This document shows positions 38,724 through 48,849 of a DNA stretch of 64,000 bases, one piece after another; position 1 is the stretch's first letter, and each line of letters starts with the position of its first letter. Under the pieces are notes generated by a model that saw only the letters and a program-made list of their open reading frames with translations, was not told where the DNA came from and ran no database searches. This stretch comes from a virus. Lineage: Duplodnaviria > Caudoviricetes. A program made the position numbers and the translations under genes. The stretch lies in the IMG/VR virus record IMGVR_UViG_3300028805_000056, positions 64,001 through 128,000 of that record. One strand, 5' to 3'.

Positions 38724-39191
38724 ATGGTACCATATTATATTATAATAGCATTGGTAATCACATTGATTACCGTATTGAAGGAATTCATCATTGGGACGAG
38801 AATTTACGACTATGCAATAAATGCTGCGTTTATATTAGGTTGGATAGGCACAATGTTCCCAACCAATATCTATTATACCATTTCATTGGCAATCGTCATT
38901 GTCTTGTTCATTTTGTCACATGTATTTTGGGGCAGGCCAACGGTGAATGGAGGGAATGAGGCATTTACATTTTCCGAAGCCAATGCGGATGAGAATGGTA
39001 TTGTTCCGTTTATGCAAGGATATACAGGTAAGGTTGTTTCCGAAATGCAAGGCGGTTATCTTGGTACTACAATAAAAGACGGCTCACCTGTTGAAATTAT
39101 CGTACATAGTGATGAGGAACTGCAACCGGGTGATGAATTTGAAATACTTGGTGCCTCAGGAACAAAAATAATTGCAAAAAAAACGAAATAA
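38724..39191 (+). CDS. NfeD-like membrane protein
   Basis: N-terminal hydrophobic helices plus a C-terminal OB-fold-like region (GYTGKVVS..SDEELQPGDEFEI). Confidence 0.5.
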   Translation: MVPYYIIIALVITLITVLKEFIIGTRIYDYAINAAFILGWIGTMFPTNIYYTISLAIVIVLFILSHVFWGRPTVNGGNEAFTFSEANADENGIVPFMQGYTGKVVSEMQGGYLGTTIKDGSPVEIIVHSDEELQPGDEFEILGASGTKIIAKKTK

Positions 39192-39263
39192 TTAAAAAAT
39201 TATTTGTATATTTGTGAAAATAAAAGGAAAAATAATGTTTTAAAACAAATTTTAATATAATCT

Positions 39264-41150
39264 ATGAGTAAAATTATTGGAATTGACCTTGGCACAACTA
39301 ACAGTTGTGTGTCAGTTATGGAAGGAAACCAACCTACAGTAATCGTAAACAGCGAGGGTAAGAGAACTACACCGTCTGTTGTCGGTTTTGTCGAGGGTGG
39401 TGAAAGAAGAGTTGGTGACCCCGCAAAGCGTCAGGCCATTACTAATCCTAATAATACCGTTTTCTCCATCAAGCGATTTATGGGAGAACGTTATGATGAG
39501 GTAAAGGACGAAATCAACCGTGTATCGTATAAGGTTGCTAAAGGTAAGAACAACACTGCCCGTGTTGATATCAATGGCAAACTCTATACACCACAGGAAA
39601 TTTCATCAATGATTCTTCAGAAGATGAAGGCAACGGCTGAAGACTATCTCGGTGAAGAGGTTAAGGAAGCGGTAATCACTGTTCCCGCTTATTTCTCCGA
39701 CTCTCAGCGTCAAGCCACAAAGGAGGCAGGACAGATTGCAGGTCTTGAAGTCAAGAGAATCATCAACGAGCCTACAGCAGCAGCACTCGCATATGGTCTC
39801 GACAAGAAGGGTGGTAATGAGAAGATTGCAGTGTATGACTACGGTGGCGGTACGTTCGATATCTCCATCCTTGAACTTGGCGGTGGCGTATTCGAGGTAT
39901 TGAGCACTAATGGTAATACACATCTCGGCGGTGATGATTTTGATCAAGTAATCATTGATTGGCTTGCTGAAGAGTTCCTTAAGGATGAGAATGTTGACCT
40001 CAGAAAGGACCCAATGGCACTGCAACGCCTTAAAGAGGCTGCTGAGAAGGCTAAGATTGAACTGTCATCCAACAGTACTGCGGAAATCAACCTTCCTTAT
40101 ATTACTGCGGTAGACAATGTTCCTAAGCATCTTGTCAAGACTCTTACGCGAGCGAACTTTGAGAAGATGACCGCAGAACTCGTCGAGAAGAGTATCGAAC
40201 CTTGCCGTAAGGCTCTTGAGGATGCAAATCTTAAGCCAAGCGATATTGACGAGGTTATTCTTGTTGGCGGTTCAACACGTATCCCCGCTATTCAGGAGGC
40301 AGTAAAGAAGTTCTTCGGTAAGGAACCTAACAAGGGTGTTAATCCTGACGAGGTTGTTGCTATCGGCGCAGCAATTCAGGGCGGTGTTCTCGCGGGTGAT
40401 GTAAAGGACGTGTTGCTTCTTGATGTGACACCACTTAATCTCGGTATTGAGACGATGGGTGCGGTTATGACAACATTGATTGAGGCTAACACTACAATTC
40501 CTACGAAGAAGTCTCAAGTGTTCTCAACGGCAATGGATAATCAACCTGCGGTTTCCATCAATGTTCTTCAAGGTAATCGTCCTATGGCTTCACAGAACAA
40601 GCAAATCGGTATGTTCAACCTCGAAGGCATTGCTCCCGCACCAAGAGGTATTCCTCAGATTGAGGTGACATTTGACATCGACGCCAACGGTATTCTCAAT
40701 GTATCTGCTGTTGATAAGGCAACCGGTAAGGAGCAGAAGATTCGCATTGAATCCAACTCAGGTCTCTCTGAAGATGAAATCAAGCGTATGCAGGAAGAGG
40801 CTAAGGCAAACGAGGAAGAGGACAAGAAGAAGAAGGAGGAAATTGACAAGATTAATGAAGCCGATTCATTTGTCTACCACGTTGAGAAGACCCTTTCAGA
40901 GATGGAGTCCAAGTTTGAAGAAAACGAGAAGAAGGAGATTACTGATCTTATCGAGAAACTCAAGAAAGCCGTTGAGGAACGGAACATTGAGGACATTGAC
41001 AAGTACAACAGTGAACTTCAGGGAAAGTGGAATGCCTTTATTACGAAGGTTTATCAGGAAAACAACACTACGCCCAATATGGACGACATCATCAAGGATG
41101 CTGCAAAACCTAAGGATGACGAACCTGTGGAAGCGGAAACGGTTGAATAA
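39264..41150 (+). CDS. dnaK: Chaperone DnaK (Hsp70)
   Basis: [54 protein letters not shown]. Confidence 0.98.
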   Translation: MSKIIGIDLGTTNSCVSVMEGNQPTVIVNSEGKRTTPSVVGFVEGGERRVGDPAKRQAITNPNNTVFSIKRFMGERYDEVKDEINRVSYKVAKGKNNTARVDINGKLYTPQEISSMILQKMKATAEDYLGEEVKEAVITVPAYFSDSQRQATKEAGQIAGLEVKRIINEPTAAALAYGLDKKGGNEKIAVYDYGGGTFDISILELGGGVFEVLSTNGNTHLGGDDFDQVIIDWLAEEFLKDENVDLRKDPMALQRLKEAAEKAKIELSSNSTAEINLPYITAVDNVPKHLVKTLTRANFEKMTAELVEKSIEPCRKALEDANLKPSDIDEVILVGGSTRIPAIQEAVKKFFGKEPNKGVNPDEVVAIGAAIQGGVLAGDVKDVLLLDVTPLNLGIETMGAVMTTLIEANTTIPTKKSQVFSTAMDNQPAVSINVLQGNRPMASQNKQIGMFNLEGIAPAPRGIPQIEVTFDIDANGILNVSAVDKATGKEQKIRIESNSGLSEDEIKRMQEEAKANEEEDKKKKEEIDKINEADSFVYHVEKTLSEMESKFEENEKKEITDLIEKLKKAVEERNIEDIDKYNSELQGKWNAFITKVYQENNTTPNMDDIIKDAAKPKDDEPVEAETVE

Positions 41151-41172
41151 TTGTGGTTTTCTAGACAGTATT

Positions 41173-41200
41173 AAATGCGGGATCAACTCCCGCATTTTTT
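41173..41200 (+). terminator. Intrinsic terminator
   Basis: AAATGCGGGA..TCCCGCATTTTTT. Confidence 0.8.
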
Positions 41201-41240
41201 GTTTTATAGATATTTATATGTATAATATAAATTATCCAAG

Positions 41241-43364
41241 ATGAGCGGTTTAAAGACAATTAAGGACTTTATAAAGGAGAACAAGGCACCGAGGGGCGCC
41301 AAATATATTGGTGTGTTTAAGGATGGTGAAAAAAACACACAGAAAAGGGTTGATATAAGATATACGAATCTTGTCAACAATGAAGAGGACATGCCACTTT
41401 TCCGTTTTGGAGTGTTATCTGATGTACACGTGAATGCTATGGCAAATTTAAGAAACGAAGACAGAGGGGAAAGAATGTGTGAATGTAAATATGATTTCTT
41501 GAATGCAATGAGGTATTTTCAAGAGAATGGTGCAAAATTCGTATGTATTTCAGGCGACCTTGTATTAAGTGGAGAGGAAAAAAATAAGAAAAATAATGGT
41601 ATGCGGGACTGGGAACTTGTGAAGGACATAATGAATATGTACCAAATAAGTGGCAGTACAACATCTGAACCAATTCCCATATTCTCCTGTTTTGGAAACC
41701 ATGATACATATGATGCTTTAGAAACCTTTGTCGGAAGTGATGGTAATTACAGACTATATCAGTCATTAGACGTAAATACTAATAAATACCCGAGAATTTT
41801 TGGCACTAATATTTATTACAGCGCCGGAACTTTCTATCGGCTTGATTCATCTAAGACAGAAAGTATTGAAGATTATATCACATGGGATGGTAATACGGCT
41901 GTGGTTGATGATTTCAAACGTGCTGATGACAAGATAATGAATTGGATAGATAAGTGGAAGGACTATACGTTTGAAACTAATAATATGGATAAAGTCAGCG
42001 GAGTGACTAACGGTAAGGTTGTTTTCCAAATATTCGAAGGTCAGACGGTTGATGAGTCCGAAAAGAGTCTTGAGGTTAAGTTCGGGGATGACGTAATCGG
42101 TATAAACACATTCGACGGTAGCGGAAATTTCAAGGACCTGAAAACCAAGACCACAGGAAGTTTCTTTTTTGAATATAGTATAAATGGGGAAACATATGTC
42201 TTCATCTTTTTCAGTGTTTATAATGGCATTGACTTTGAAAGTTATAAGAACGATTGTGATCGGGTATATCCAAACATCGAGTGGTTAAGAAAGGTGTTGG
42301 AACATTATAGAAACGAACACTGTTTTGTTTTCATTCACCCGCCATTTAGGACCAAGTCCGGATTGTGGGGTGAAGATCTGAATGGAGAGGGACTATATTC
42401 TTATGTTTTGAAAGAAGAGGAGGCAGGTCCCGATAAATACTCACGTGGTCGATATTCAACACAAAGAACAAGAGAATTTCTCCGTCTGAACGAATTGAAT
42501 AATCACTACAAAAATTCAGTTTGGTTCTTTGGACACACTCACTTTAAGACCTTATATCAGAAATATTTCAAGAGAGCAAACATAACAACTGATGATCCTG
42601 TTAGTTCATACAACCAATCAGCATTAAACATACATGTTCCATCCTGTGCATATCCGAGATACGTAATTGGTGTCACCGAGACCTTTTCGGGTAATAGTAT
42701 TTCAAATGACTTTGACGACTCGGAGGGCTTGATCATTGATGTGTTTACCGATAGGATTGAGGTTAAAACCGTGTGGTTCAAGAAGGGTGTTGACTACGAT
42801 GATGACGATAACATATACACAAGCGGTATAACCCTTGATGACACCGTTCCATTGCCATATTCGGGACATGAGGAATATGGAAAGTATATGAATAAGATAT
42901 CCCCGATGGCGTTCTATTCGTTAGACACTACGAAGGTTCAAATTGCCGCAGATTCGGGGAACACACTGTTCGATACGGAAAATATAAGGAAGAAAATAGA
43001 GGAGAACTGCGGGAAACAGGTCGGTTTTGTCAAATGGGTAGGGAAAAATAGAGAAGACCTGGAAGTTTGCTATATCAGTGGGACAACCGGATATGAAGTA
43101 AAGAATAACATAGTGAACAAACTCGGTGAAGTAATGAGTACCGGCACCACCGGTATAACTGTAAGTGCTTTCTGTGACAACGATGAATATAATCTTGAAA
43201 ACGTAGATACGGACCATTCGGGAGATATAAGGGACAATTCTGTATATTTGTTAGAGGGAAGTACCACCGGCAATACGGAAGTTCAAAAAATTGAGATTAT
43301 AAAAAACAATTTGAGGAAGGTTCCGTTGAATATGATAAAATACATCACAATAAAATACCAATAA
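41241..43364 (+). CDS. Large metallophosphoesterase-domain protein
   Basis: LSDVH, SGDL, GNHD, FIH, GHTH; TATTTATA at 41211. Confidence 0.8.
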   Translation: MSGLKTIKDFIKENKAPRGAKYIGVFKDGEKNTQKRVDIRYTNLVNNEEDMPLFRFGVLSDVHVNAMANLRNEDRGERMCECKYDFLNAMRYFQENGAKFVCISGDLVLSGEEKNKKNNGMRDWELVKDIMNMYQISGSTTSEPIPIFSCFGNHDTYDALETFVGSDGNYRLYQSLDVNTNKYPRIFGTNIYYSAGTFYRLDSSKTESIEDYITWDGNTAVVDDFKRADDKIMNWIDKWKDYTFETNNMDKVSGVTNGKVVFQIFEGQTVDESEKSLEVKFGDDVIGINTFDGSGNFKDLKTKTTGSFFFEYSINGETYVFIFFSVYNGIDFESYKNDCDRVYPNIEWLRKVLEHYRNEHCFVFIHPPFRTKSGLWGEDLNGEGLYSYVLKEEEAGPDKYSRGRYSTQRTREFLRLNELNNHYKNSVWFFGHTHFKTLYQKYFKRANITTDDPVSSYNQSALNIHVPSCAYPRYVIGVTETFSGNSISNDFDDSEGLIIDVFTDRIEVKTVWFKKGVDYDDDDNIYTSGITLDDTVPLPYSGHEEYGKYMNKISPMAFYSLDTTKVQIAADSGNTLFDTENIRKKIEENCGKQVGFVKWVGKNREDLEVCYISGTTGYEVKNNIVNKLGEVMSTGTTGITVSAFCDNDEYNLENVDTDHSGDIRDNSVYLLEGSTTGNTEVQKIEIIKNNLRKVPLNMIKYITIKYQ

Positions 43365-43460
43365 CAAAATTCTTCATTTAGAATGACCGACGAAAAAACA
43401 CTTTCGTCGGTTTTTTTTTATATATTTGCAACAGATAAACTAAAAAATATTTTAATTGTT

Positions 43461-44501
43461 ATGGATGAATTTACACCCGTTCGTATGGATGAATACGATT
43501 GCTGTTGTAACGAAATGGACGAAAGTGTGGTAACAGGTAGAGGTTTAGACTTATTTTCAAGACCTAAAACCCCTTTTATTGAAAAAGAAAATGAAAATGA
43601 GAACAAGGACCCTTACACACTTTGGACTAAGGACAGAAATGATAGAATCTGTTCCTGTGCCGGTACGTTTGATAGTCTTGAACCCGGTTATTACAAGATA
43701 GGAAACTCACCCGATATTGGTGTACACCTTAAGAGGGTTAAAGTTGAGATGAACAGACTCTACCGTCTCCCAAATTCAGCATCCGATTTACTGCTTAATG
43801 ATATCAGTAAATTTTGGACATTGGAGGAAACATATAAGACATATCATAGGGTGTTTGCAAGAAACTATCTTCTATATTCTGCACCAGGTACCGGTAAAAC
43901 ATCATTGATCAATTTAATGTGTCAAGAACTTATTGAGAAATATGATGGTATTGTCATTTATCTTAACTCTGCAAGTGAAATTTATGATTATAATCCTACA
44001 ATAAGAATGATACGTGATGTTGAGCCGAATAGAAGAATTATCACAATCATTGAGGATATTGATGCATACATCGGAAAGGATGGGAGTGATAAGTTGGACG
44101 GGTATCTGCTTAATATATTGGACGGTAATATGAAGTTTGGTGGAATTGTTACCATTGCCACGACAAACTACATCGAAAAGGTGTCCGAGCGATTCACAAA
44201 CCGTCCGTCACGTTTTGACCGTGTAGTTGAATTCCCGCTTCCAAATGATGAAAGCAGAAGAATGTTTATCGAGAAGTCTGTTCAGCCTGAAGACCTTGAG
44301 AAAATTGACGTTGACAAGTGGGTTGAGAAGACCGATGGTTTCTCTATCGACCATATCAACGAACTTATCTTGCTCTTTTTTGTCTTCGGACATACTGAAG
44401 AGGAGTCATTTGAAACACTTACGAGGATGTTGAAAGAAAACGATTCATTGAAGAATGTGACAAGCGTAAAGAAAAAGAGTAAAATTGGTTTTAATAATTA
44501 A
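43461..44501 (+). CDS. AAA+ ATPase
   Basis: Walker A APGTGKT, Walker B IIEDID, LLNILDG, TTN, RPSRFD. Confidence 0.9.
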   Translation: MDEFTPVRMDEYDCCCNEMDESVVTGRGLDLFSRPKTPFIEKENENENKDPYTLWTKDRNDRICSCAGTFDSLEPGYYKIGNSPDIGVHLKRVKVEMNRLYRLPNSASDLLLNDISKFWTLEETYKTYHRVFARNYLLYSAPGTGKTSLINLMCQELIEKYDGIVIYLNSASEIYDYNPTIRMIRDVEPNRRIITIIEDIDAYIGKDGSDKLDGYLLNILDGNMKFGGIVTIATTNYIEKVSERFTNRPSRFDRVVEFPLPNDESRRMFIEKSVQPEDLEKIDVDKWVEKTDGFSIDHINELILLFFVFGHTEEESFETLTRMLKENDSLKNVTSVKKKSKIGFNN

Positions 44502-44506
44502 AAAAT

Positions 44507-45409
44507 ATGGCAATAACATTTGATTATAAAAAGTTTAAGAACGGAAATCAACTTGGCAAAGTCGAGTATTACACAGAGAGTAACGGACAGGTTGTATTTC
44601 AACTGAAAGAAGGTGAAGACGAGTGTGAGCAGGAAGAGGAGGAAGAAACCTCGAGTGATTTTAACAACTCGAACATCATAAGGAATATCTCTTATGATCA
44701 GAAGGAAATCCTGTGGAACATAATGCAGATGCATAATGACGGTAATCCGTTTGACTGTGATATGACCGCATCCACACTAAAGTTCTATGAACAGAAGAAG
44801 AGTGACAAGTATGTGATTCCCGAACCCGAGATACTCTTTGATGTCTTCCCATTACAAGAGAAGATTAAGAAGATTGAGCCACTTGGTCCATTACCGCTTG
44901 AGGATAATTCGATAGGTTCCATCGTAATTGACCTTCCGTTTGTGGTTTCACCACCGAATTGTCCCTCGGCTAAGGCAAACAAGGAGGGCGCCAATATGAT
45001 TATGAACAGGTTTGCATCCTATTATCCTGTCGATGACCTTTATGAATCGTATTTCCATTGGATTTCTGAGGCATATCGTGTTTTGAAGGAAGGTGGAACA
45101 TGTGTATTCAAGTGTCAATCGACCATTTCAGGTGGCATACAGCATAACATTGAGGAGTGGAGTTTTATGTGTGCGCAGAAGGTCGGATTCACTGCGGAGG
45201 ACAAGTTCATCCTTGCGGCAAAGGCGCGTCTCATTGCATCTTCAAAATACAAGAAACAGTATCATGCGAGGAAATACACAAGTATCTTCTGGGTATTCAA
45301 GAAAGATTCAAGGAAGAGAAGCAAGAAGTTTAACTATTTTGACATAATTGAAAAATATTCATTGGAGGAAAATAACAGAAAAGATGAAAATATGACAAAA
45401 AATGATTAG
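44507..45409 (+). CDS. Putative DNA methyltransferase (variant DLPF catalytic motif)
   Basis: ISYDQKEIL, DCDMT, SIVIDLPF, EAYRVLKEGG..FKCQ, HARK..FWVF. Confidence 0.7.
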   Translation: MAITFDYKKFKNGNQLGKVEYYTESNGQVVFQLKEGEDECEQEEEEETSSDFNNSNIIRNISYDQKEILWNIMQMHNDGNPFDCDMTASTLKFYEQKKSDKYVIPEPEILFDVFPLQEKIKKIEPLGPLPLEDNSIGSIVIDLPFVVSPPNCPSAKANKEGANMIMNRFASYYPVDDLYESYFHWISEAYRVLKEGGTCVFKCQSTISGGIQHNIEEWSFMCAQKVGFTAEDKFILAAKARLIASSKYKKQYHARKYTSIFWVFKKDSRKRSKKFNYFDIIEKYSLEENNRKDENMTKND

Positions 45410-46196
45410 TGACAAATTAAAGTCAATTGACTATTACGAGAAAAACAAGAGGAAATTCAACAGAAAATATAATGACATATGGAAAAAAATTGCCGGTTGG
45501 AATTATATTGGAAAGTGTTCGTATCTTTTCCAAATGTTCTATAAGGAATGGAAGAAGGATGGACATACTGAAGACCCTACGCCAAATGACTTTGCAAAGT
45601 ATTATTTCTCCCATACGAACCCAAATGATGATGAGGGGTTAAGAAAAGAAAAATCACAGGAATATGGAAGAAGCGTGGAGGATTTAAAGAAATTGGCGGA
45701 ACACTATCAAGAGGCGTGCAACAATTACAATATACCCCTTGAAGAGTATTTTGACGATATTGTTAATCACGCCATTGTGGAAACGACATCCGGACAGTTA
45801 ATGGAATTAAAACTGTTTGATGAATATGAAAAGAACGGTTTTACTGTAGAACACACAAACAACCATTGGGATAAGAATCTCGGTGTTGACCTTATAGTTA
45901 AGAAAGACGGAATCATACGGGACTACATTCAATGCAAACCCATAAGTACGTTTAGGGGTGACGGTAATAATAGTCTTATTAGTGACAGAAAAATGTTTTT
46001 CAAGAAGGAACTTGATAAAAAGAAGGAATGCGAAAAGGAAAACTTGCCCTATACTCCGACAAAGTTCATATTATATGACAAAAATCAACCGGGTAAATGG
46101 TGCTATATCGGGAAAAGGAGAGGATTCTTGCTTGAGGAACTGTGTGATAGAAACGGTAAGGTAATAATTGATGTAAACAAAGTCCATTATGAATGA
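45402..46196 (+). CDS. Putative PD-(D/E)xK restriction endonuclease (MjaI-like)
   Basis: ETTSGQLME, WDKNLGVDL..IQCKP; overlaps the methyltransferase stop. Confidence 0.5.
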   Translation: MISDKLKSIDYYEKNKRKFNRKYNDIWKKIAGWNYIGKCSYLFQMFYKEWKKDGHTEDPTPNDFAKYYFSHTNPNDDEGLRKEKSQEYGRSVEDLKKLAEHYQEACNNYNIPLEEYFDDIVNHAIVETTSGQLMELKLFDEYEKNGFTVEHTNNHWDKNLGVDLIVKKDGIIRDYIQCKPISTFRGDGNNSLISDRKMFFKKELDKKKECEKENLPYTPTKFILYDKNQPGKWCYIGKRRGFLLEELCDRNGKVIIDVNKVHYE

Positions 46197-46525
46197 TATA
46201 CTTTTATCGCTTTATATGGATAATTTGTGTGCCATTCATTAAAGCCTACTATATCATAAAGGGATATATCAGGTTGAAAACCGCCTTCAGAGTCGGGGAC
46301 ATATATTATGTGTCGGAAACAAATGTATATTATAAGTATCTCGGAGACAGACTCTTCAAGGAAGGAAACAAAATGGTGGATACCGGGTTCATGGCAATAG
46401 AGGTTCCCGGACACACGAAGATACTGTCATATCTTCAAATTGGGATGATGCACTTTATGTTTATAAGGAAAGAAACATCAAACTTAACAACCAAAAGAAT
46501 TTGGCTTAAAAGAAAAAAGAAATAA
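46193..46525 (+). CDS. Hypothetical protein
   Basis: 110 aa; ATGA overlap. Confidence 0.5.
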   Translation: MIYFYRFIWIICVPFIKAYYIIKGYIRLKTAFRVGDIYYVSETNVYYKYLGDRLFKEGNKMVDTGFMAIEVPGHTKILSYLQIGMMHFMFIRKETSNLTTKRIWLKRKKK

Positions 46526-46575
46526 AAAAAATTGTATATTTGTAATATAAAAAAACATTAAAAATTTAAAAAGCT

Positions 46576-47142
46576 ATGTCTATTTCAGAAAATTTCAAAA
46601 CTTATCAGGAAACCCTTATCGACATGCTCGGTGAGGATGTAGTTAACAATCTGTTCGAATCACTTGGCGGTGAGGAGAAGATTAGCAAGGCCGTTTTTGG
46701 CAGTACAGTGGATAGCGGCGTTGCCTATGACGGAAGTATGATTGCATGTTCGTTAGCCATTGGGACCTATGCCAAGAAGATTAACGAACTGTTTCCGTCT
46801 TCAAAACGGGCGGATGAAGAAAGTATTGTTAAGGTTGCATTACTGTCCCACATTGCAAAAGTGCTGATGTTCTCGGAGAATGACAATTCTTGGGAGAAGA
46901 CCAATCGTGGCATCATCTACAAGTTTGAAAGTCTTGACGGTGCTTTGAGGTGTGGTGAGCGTTCAATCCTTCTTGCAATGAATGCGGGCGTCAAGTTCAC
47001 ACCTGAGGAATATGAGGCTATGAGGATTATGGACAAGTCAGGTGACGACGACAATTACACGAAGTATTTCTCAAGTACATTGTCAACTGTAATCCGTCAG
47101 GCAAACGAAATAATCACGTTGATCAAACACATTAAGAAGTGA
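46576..47142 (+). CDS. Degenerate HD-domain-like protein
   Basis: AYDGS..KVALLSHIAKV..GERS..EEYEAM; canonical H/HD residues not intact. Confidence 0.5.
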   Translation: MSISENFKTYQETLIDMLGEDVVNNLFESLGGEEKISKAVFGSTVDSGVAYDGSMIACSLAIGTYAKKINELFPSSKRADEESIVKVALLSHIAKVLMFSENDNSWEKTNRGIIYKFESLDGALRCGERSILLAMNAGVKFTPEEYEAMRIMDKSGDDDNYTKYFSSTLSTVIRQANEIITLIKHIKK

Positions 47143-47963
47143 AGAATGGTGGAAAGATAATTTTGGCGGTAATCTGCAAAAACGAAGAAGATTATATCGA
47201 AGAGTTTGTGGATTACCACCTTAATATTGGTTTTGACAAGATTATAATCGGAGATAACAATGATATCAATGGTGAACTGTATCAGCCGTTATTAAAAGAC
47301 TATATCAAGTCTAAACAAGTCAAGATTGTAAATCTTAGGGGGAAGAAGGGTCAACAGAAACCTTTCTACAATAGTATTATAAAGAATGAAGATTATGAAT
47401 GGTGTGCGTTCATTGATGCGGATGAATTCATCACGTTTGGTAGATATGCCGATTTTTCTGACATAAGGGACTTCTTGGAGTCAAATGACAACATCAAGGC
47501 ATATAAACTGAATTGGCGTTGTTATGGAGATAATGACAACATCGAAATGGAAGACCGTGATGTGATTGAGCGTTTTCCCGAATCGAAACCAATGATGTTC
47601 ACGTTCACCTATAATTTCCCCGAGAACCTGCATACAAAGTCAATACTGCATAAGTCAGTTCAGAACACATTTATAAGTTCTCCGCACACGGTTGATGGTT
47701 ATAACGGTTACTATACGCCAAGCGGGTTTAAGACAAGTTCAAGCCCAATTGGTAATGTAATTGATTGGGATATGCTTTATGTAAGGCACTATTATACAAA
47801 GTCATTGGAGGAATGGGTTAATAACAAGATGGGACGCGGTTATGCTGATTATCCTGTTGTGCCCAATGAAGAAACATATGGACTTGACCAATTCTTCAAA
47901 TACAATAAAAAAACACCAGGAAAAATAAACTATCTTAAAAGTATTGGTATAGACTATGAATGA
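47139..47963 (+). CDS. Glycosyltransferase, GT-A fold (GT2/GT92-like)
   Basis: ICKNEEDYIEEFVDYH..GFD, WCAFIDADEF, NWRCYG, HYYTKSLEEW; GTG start. Confidence 0.85.
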   Translation: MKNGGKIILAVICKNEEDYIEEFVDYHLNIGFDKIIIGDNNDINGELYQPLLKDYIKSKQVKIVNLRGKKGQQKPFYNSIIKNEDYEWCAFIDADEFITFGRYADFSDIRDFLESNDNIKAYKLNWRCYGDNDNIEMEDRDVIERFPESKPMMFTFTYNFPENLHTKSILHKSVQNTFISSPHTVDGYNGYYTPSGFKTSSSPIGNVIDWDMLYVRHYYTKSLEEWVNNKMGRGYADYPVVPNEETYGLDQFFKYNKKTPGKINYLKSIGIDYE

Positions 47964-48741
47964 AAATGTAGATATTTTCATATACACACACAAACCGTTT
48001 AAACAACTTGTATATAATAATGTATATAAGGTGTTGACTTGTTCACATGAGGATTTCCAATCCACACTCCCCGTATATAGGGATTATGAGGGGGACAACA
48101 TCAGTGACAAGAATCTGATGTATAATGAGTATAGTGGTTTCTATTGGCTATGGAAGAACTATGACCTCAAGAAATACATCGGTATGAACCACTACCGCAG
48201 ATATTATGAGTGGTTGGATAATGTGCCGGACATTGAGCAGTTGTTCAAATATTTTGGCATTATCCTTAATAAGCCGATTCCGTTGAATTGTCCCGATGAC
48301 GGACATGTAATGAACAATCGGACGTGGTACGGTTGGTGGCATAACGTCGAGGATTTCGACATTCTTGAACAGATGTATCACGAGCGTTTCCCGGAATATA
48401 TTGATGGTTTTGACAAGATGAAGAACAATGATTACATCTACAATTCATCAATGTTCACTATGACAAAGGAGATGTTCCTTGAATACTGTGACTATATTTT
48501 CAAGGTTCTCGAAGAATACAACAAGTATCGTGGAATGTTTACCAGTGAGGATTATATCAAACATGTGGAGGCTAATAAGGAGAAGTACATTAAGCCACAT
48601 CTTCCTTATTATACTGTTGAAATTCAGGCGAGGATACTCGGATACATTGCTGAAAGGGCAATGAACACCTTTATGTTGCAGGGTGGGGACAACAGTATCG
48701 AGAAGAAAGCAGCAATAATCAATTGGATAATGCCGAGATAA
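47956..48741 (+). CDS. DUF4422 protein (GT111-like galactofuranosyltransferase)
   Basis: IYTHK, GDNISDKN..YNE..YWLWKN, YIGMNHYRRY, MF, RILGYIAER. Confidence 0.82.
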   Translation: MNENVDIFIYTHKPFKQLVYNNVYKVLTCSHEDFQSTLPVYRDYEGDNISDKNLMYNEYSGFYWLWKNYDLKKYIGMNHYRRYYEWLDNVPDIEQLFKYFGIILNKPIPLNCPDDGHVMNNRTWYGWWHNVEDFDILEQMYHERFPEYIDGFDKMKNNDYIYNSSMFTMTKEMFLEYCDYIFKVLEEYNKYRGMFTSEDYIKHVEANKEKYIKPHLPYYTVEIQARILGYIAERAMNTFMLQGGDNSIEKKAAIINWIMPR

Positions 48742-48744
48742 ACT

Positions 48745-48849
48745 ATGAATACATTAATTGTAATAGGTGCTGTGGTGGCTTTCTTTGCCATTTGCTTAAT
48801 AATGACGAAGTTAACGCCAAAGGACAATGTTCGGAAGGAAGAAGTATGA
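48745..48849 (+). CDS. Small single-pass membrane peptide
   Basis: MNTLIVIGAVVAFFAICLIM.., 34 aa, fills the gap before glf. Confidence 0.4.
   Translation: MNTLIVIGAVVAFFAICLIMTKLTPKDNVRKEEV

Noticed and set aside
39606-41244. Antisense and alternative-frame ORFs over dnaK
   Set aside because: Shadow ORFs caused by the codon bias of a highly conserved gene; no independent signals.
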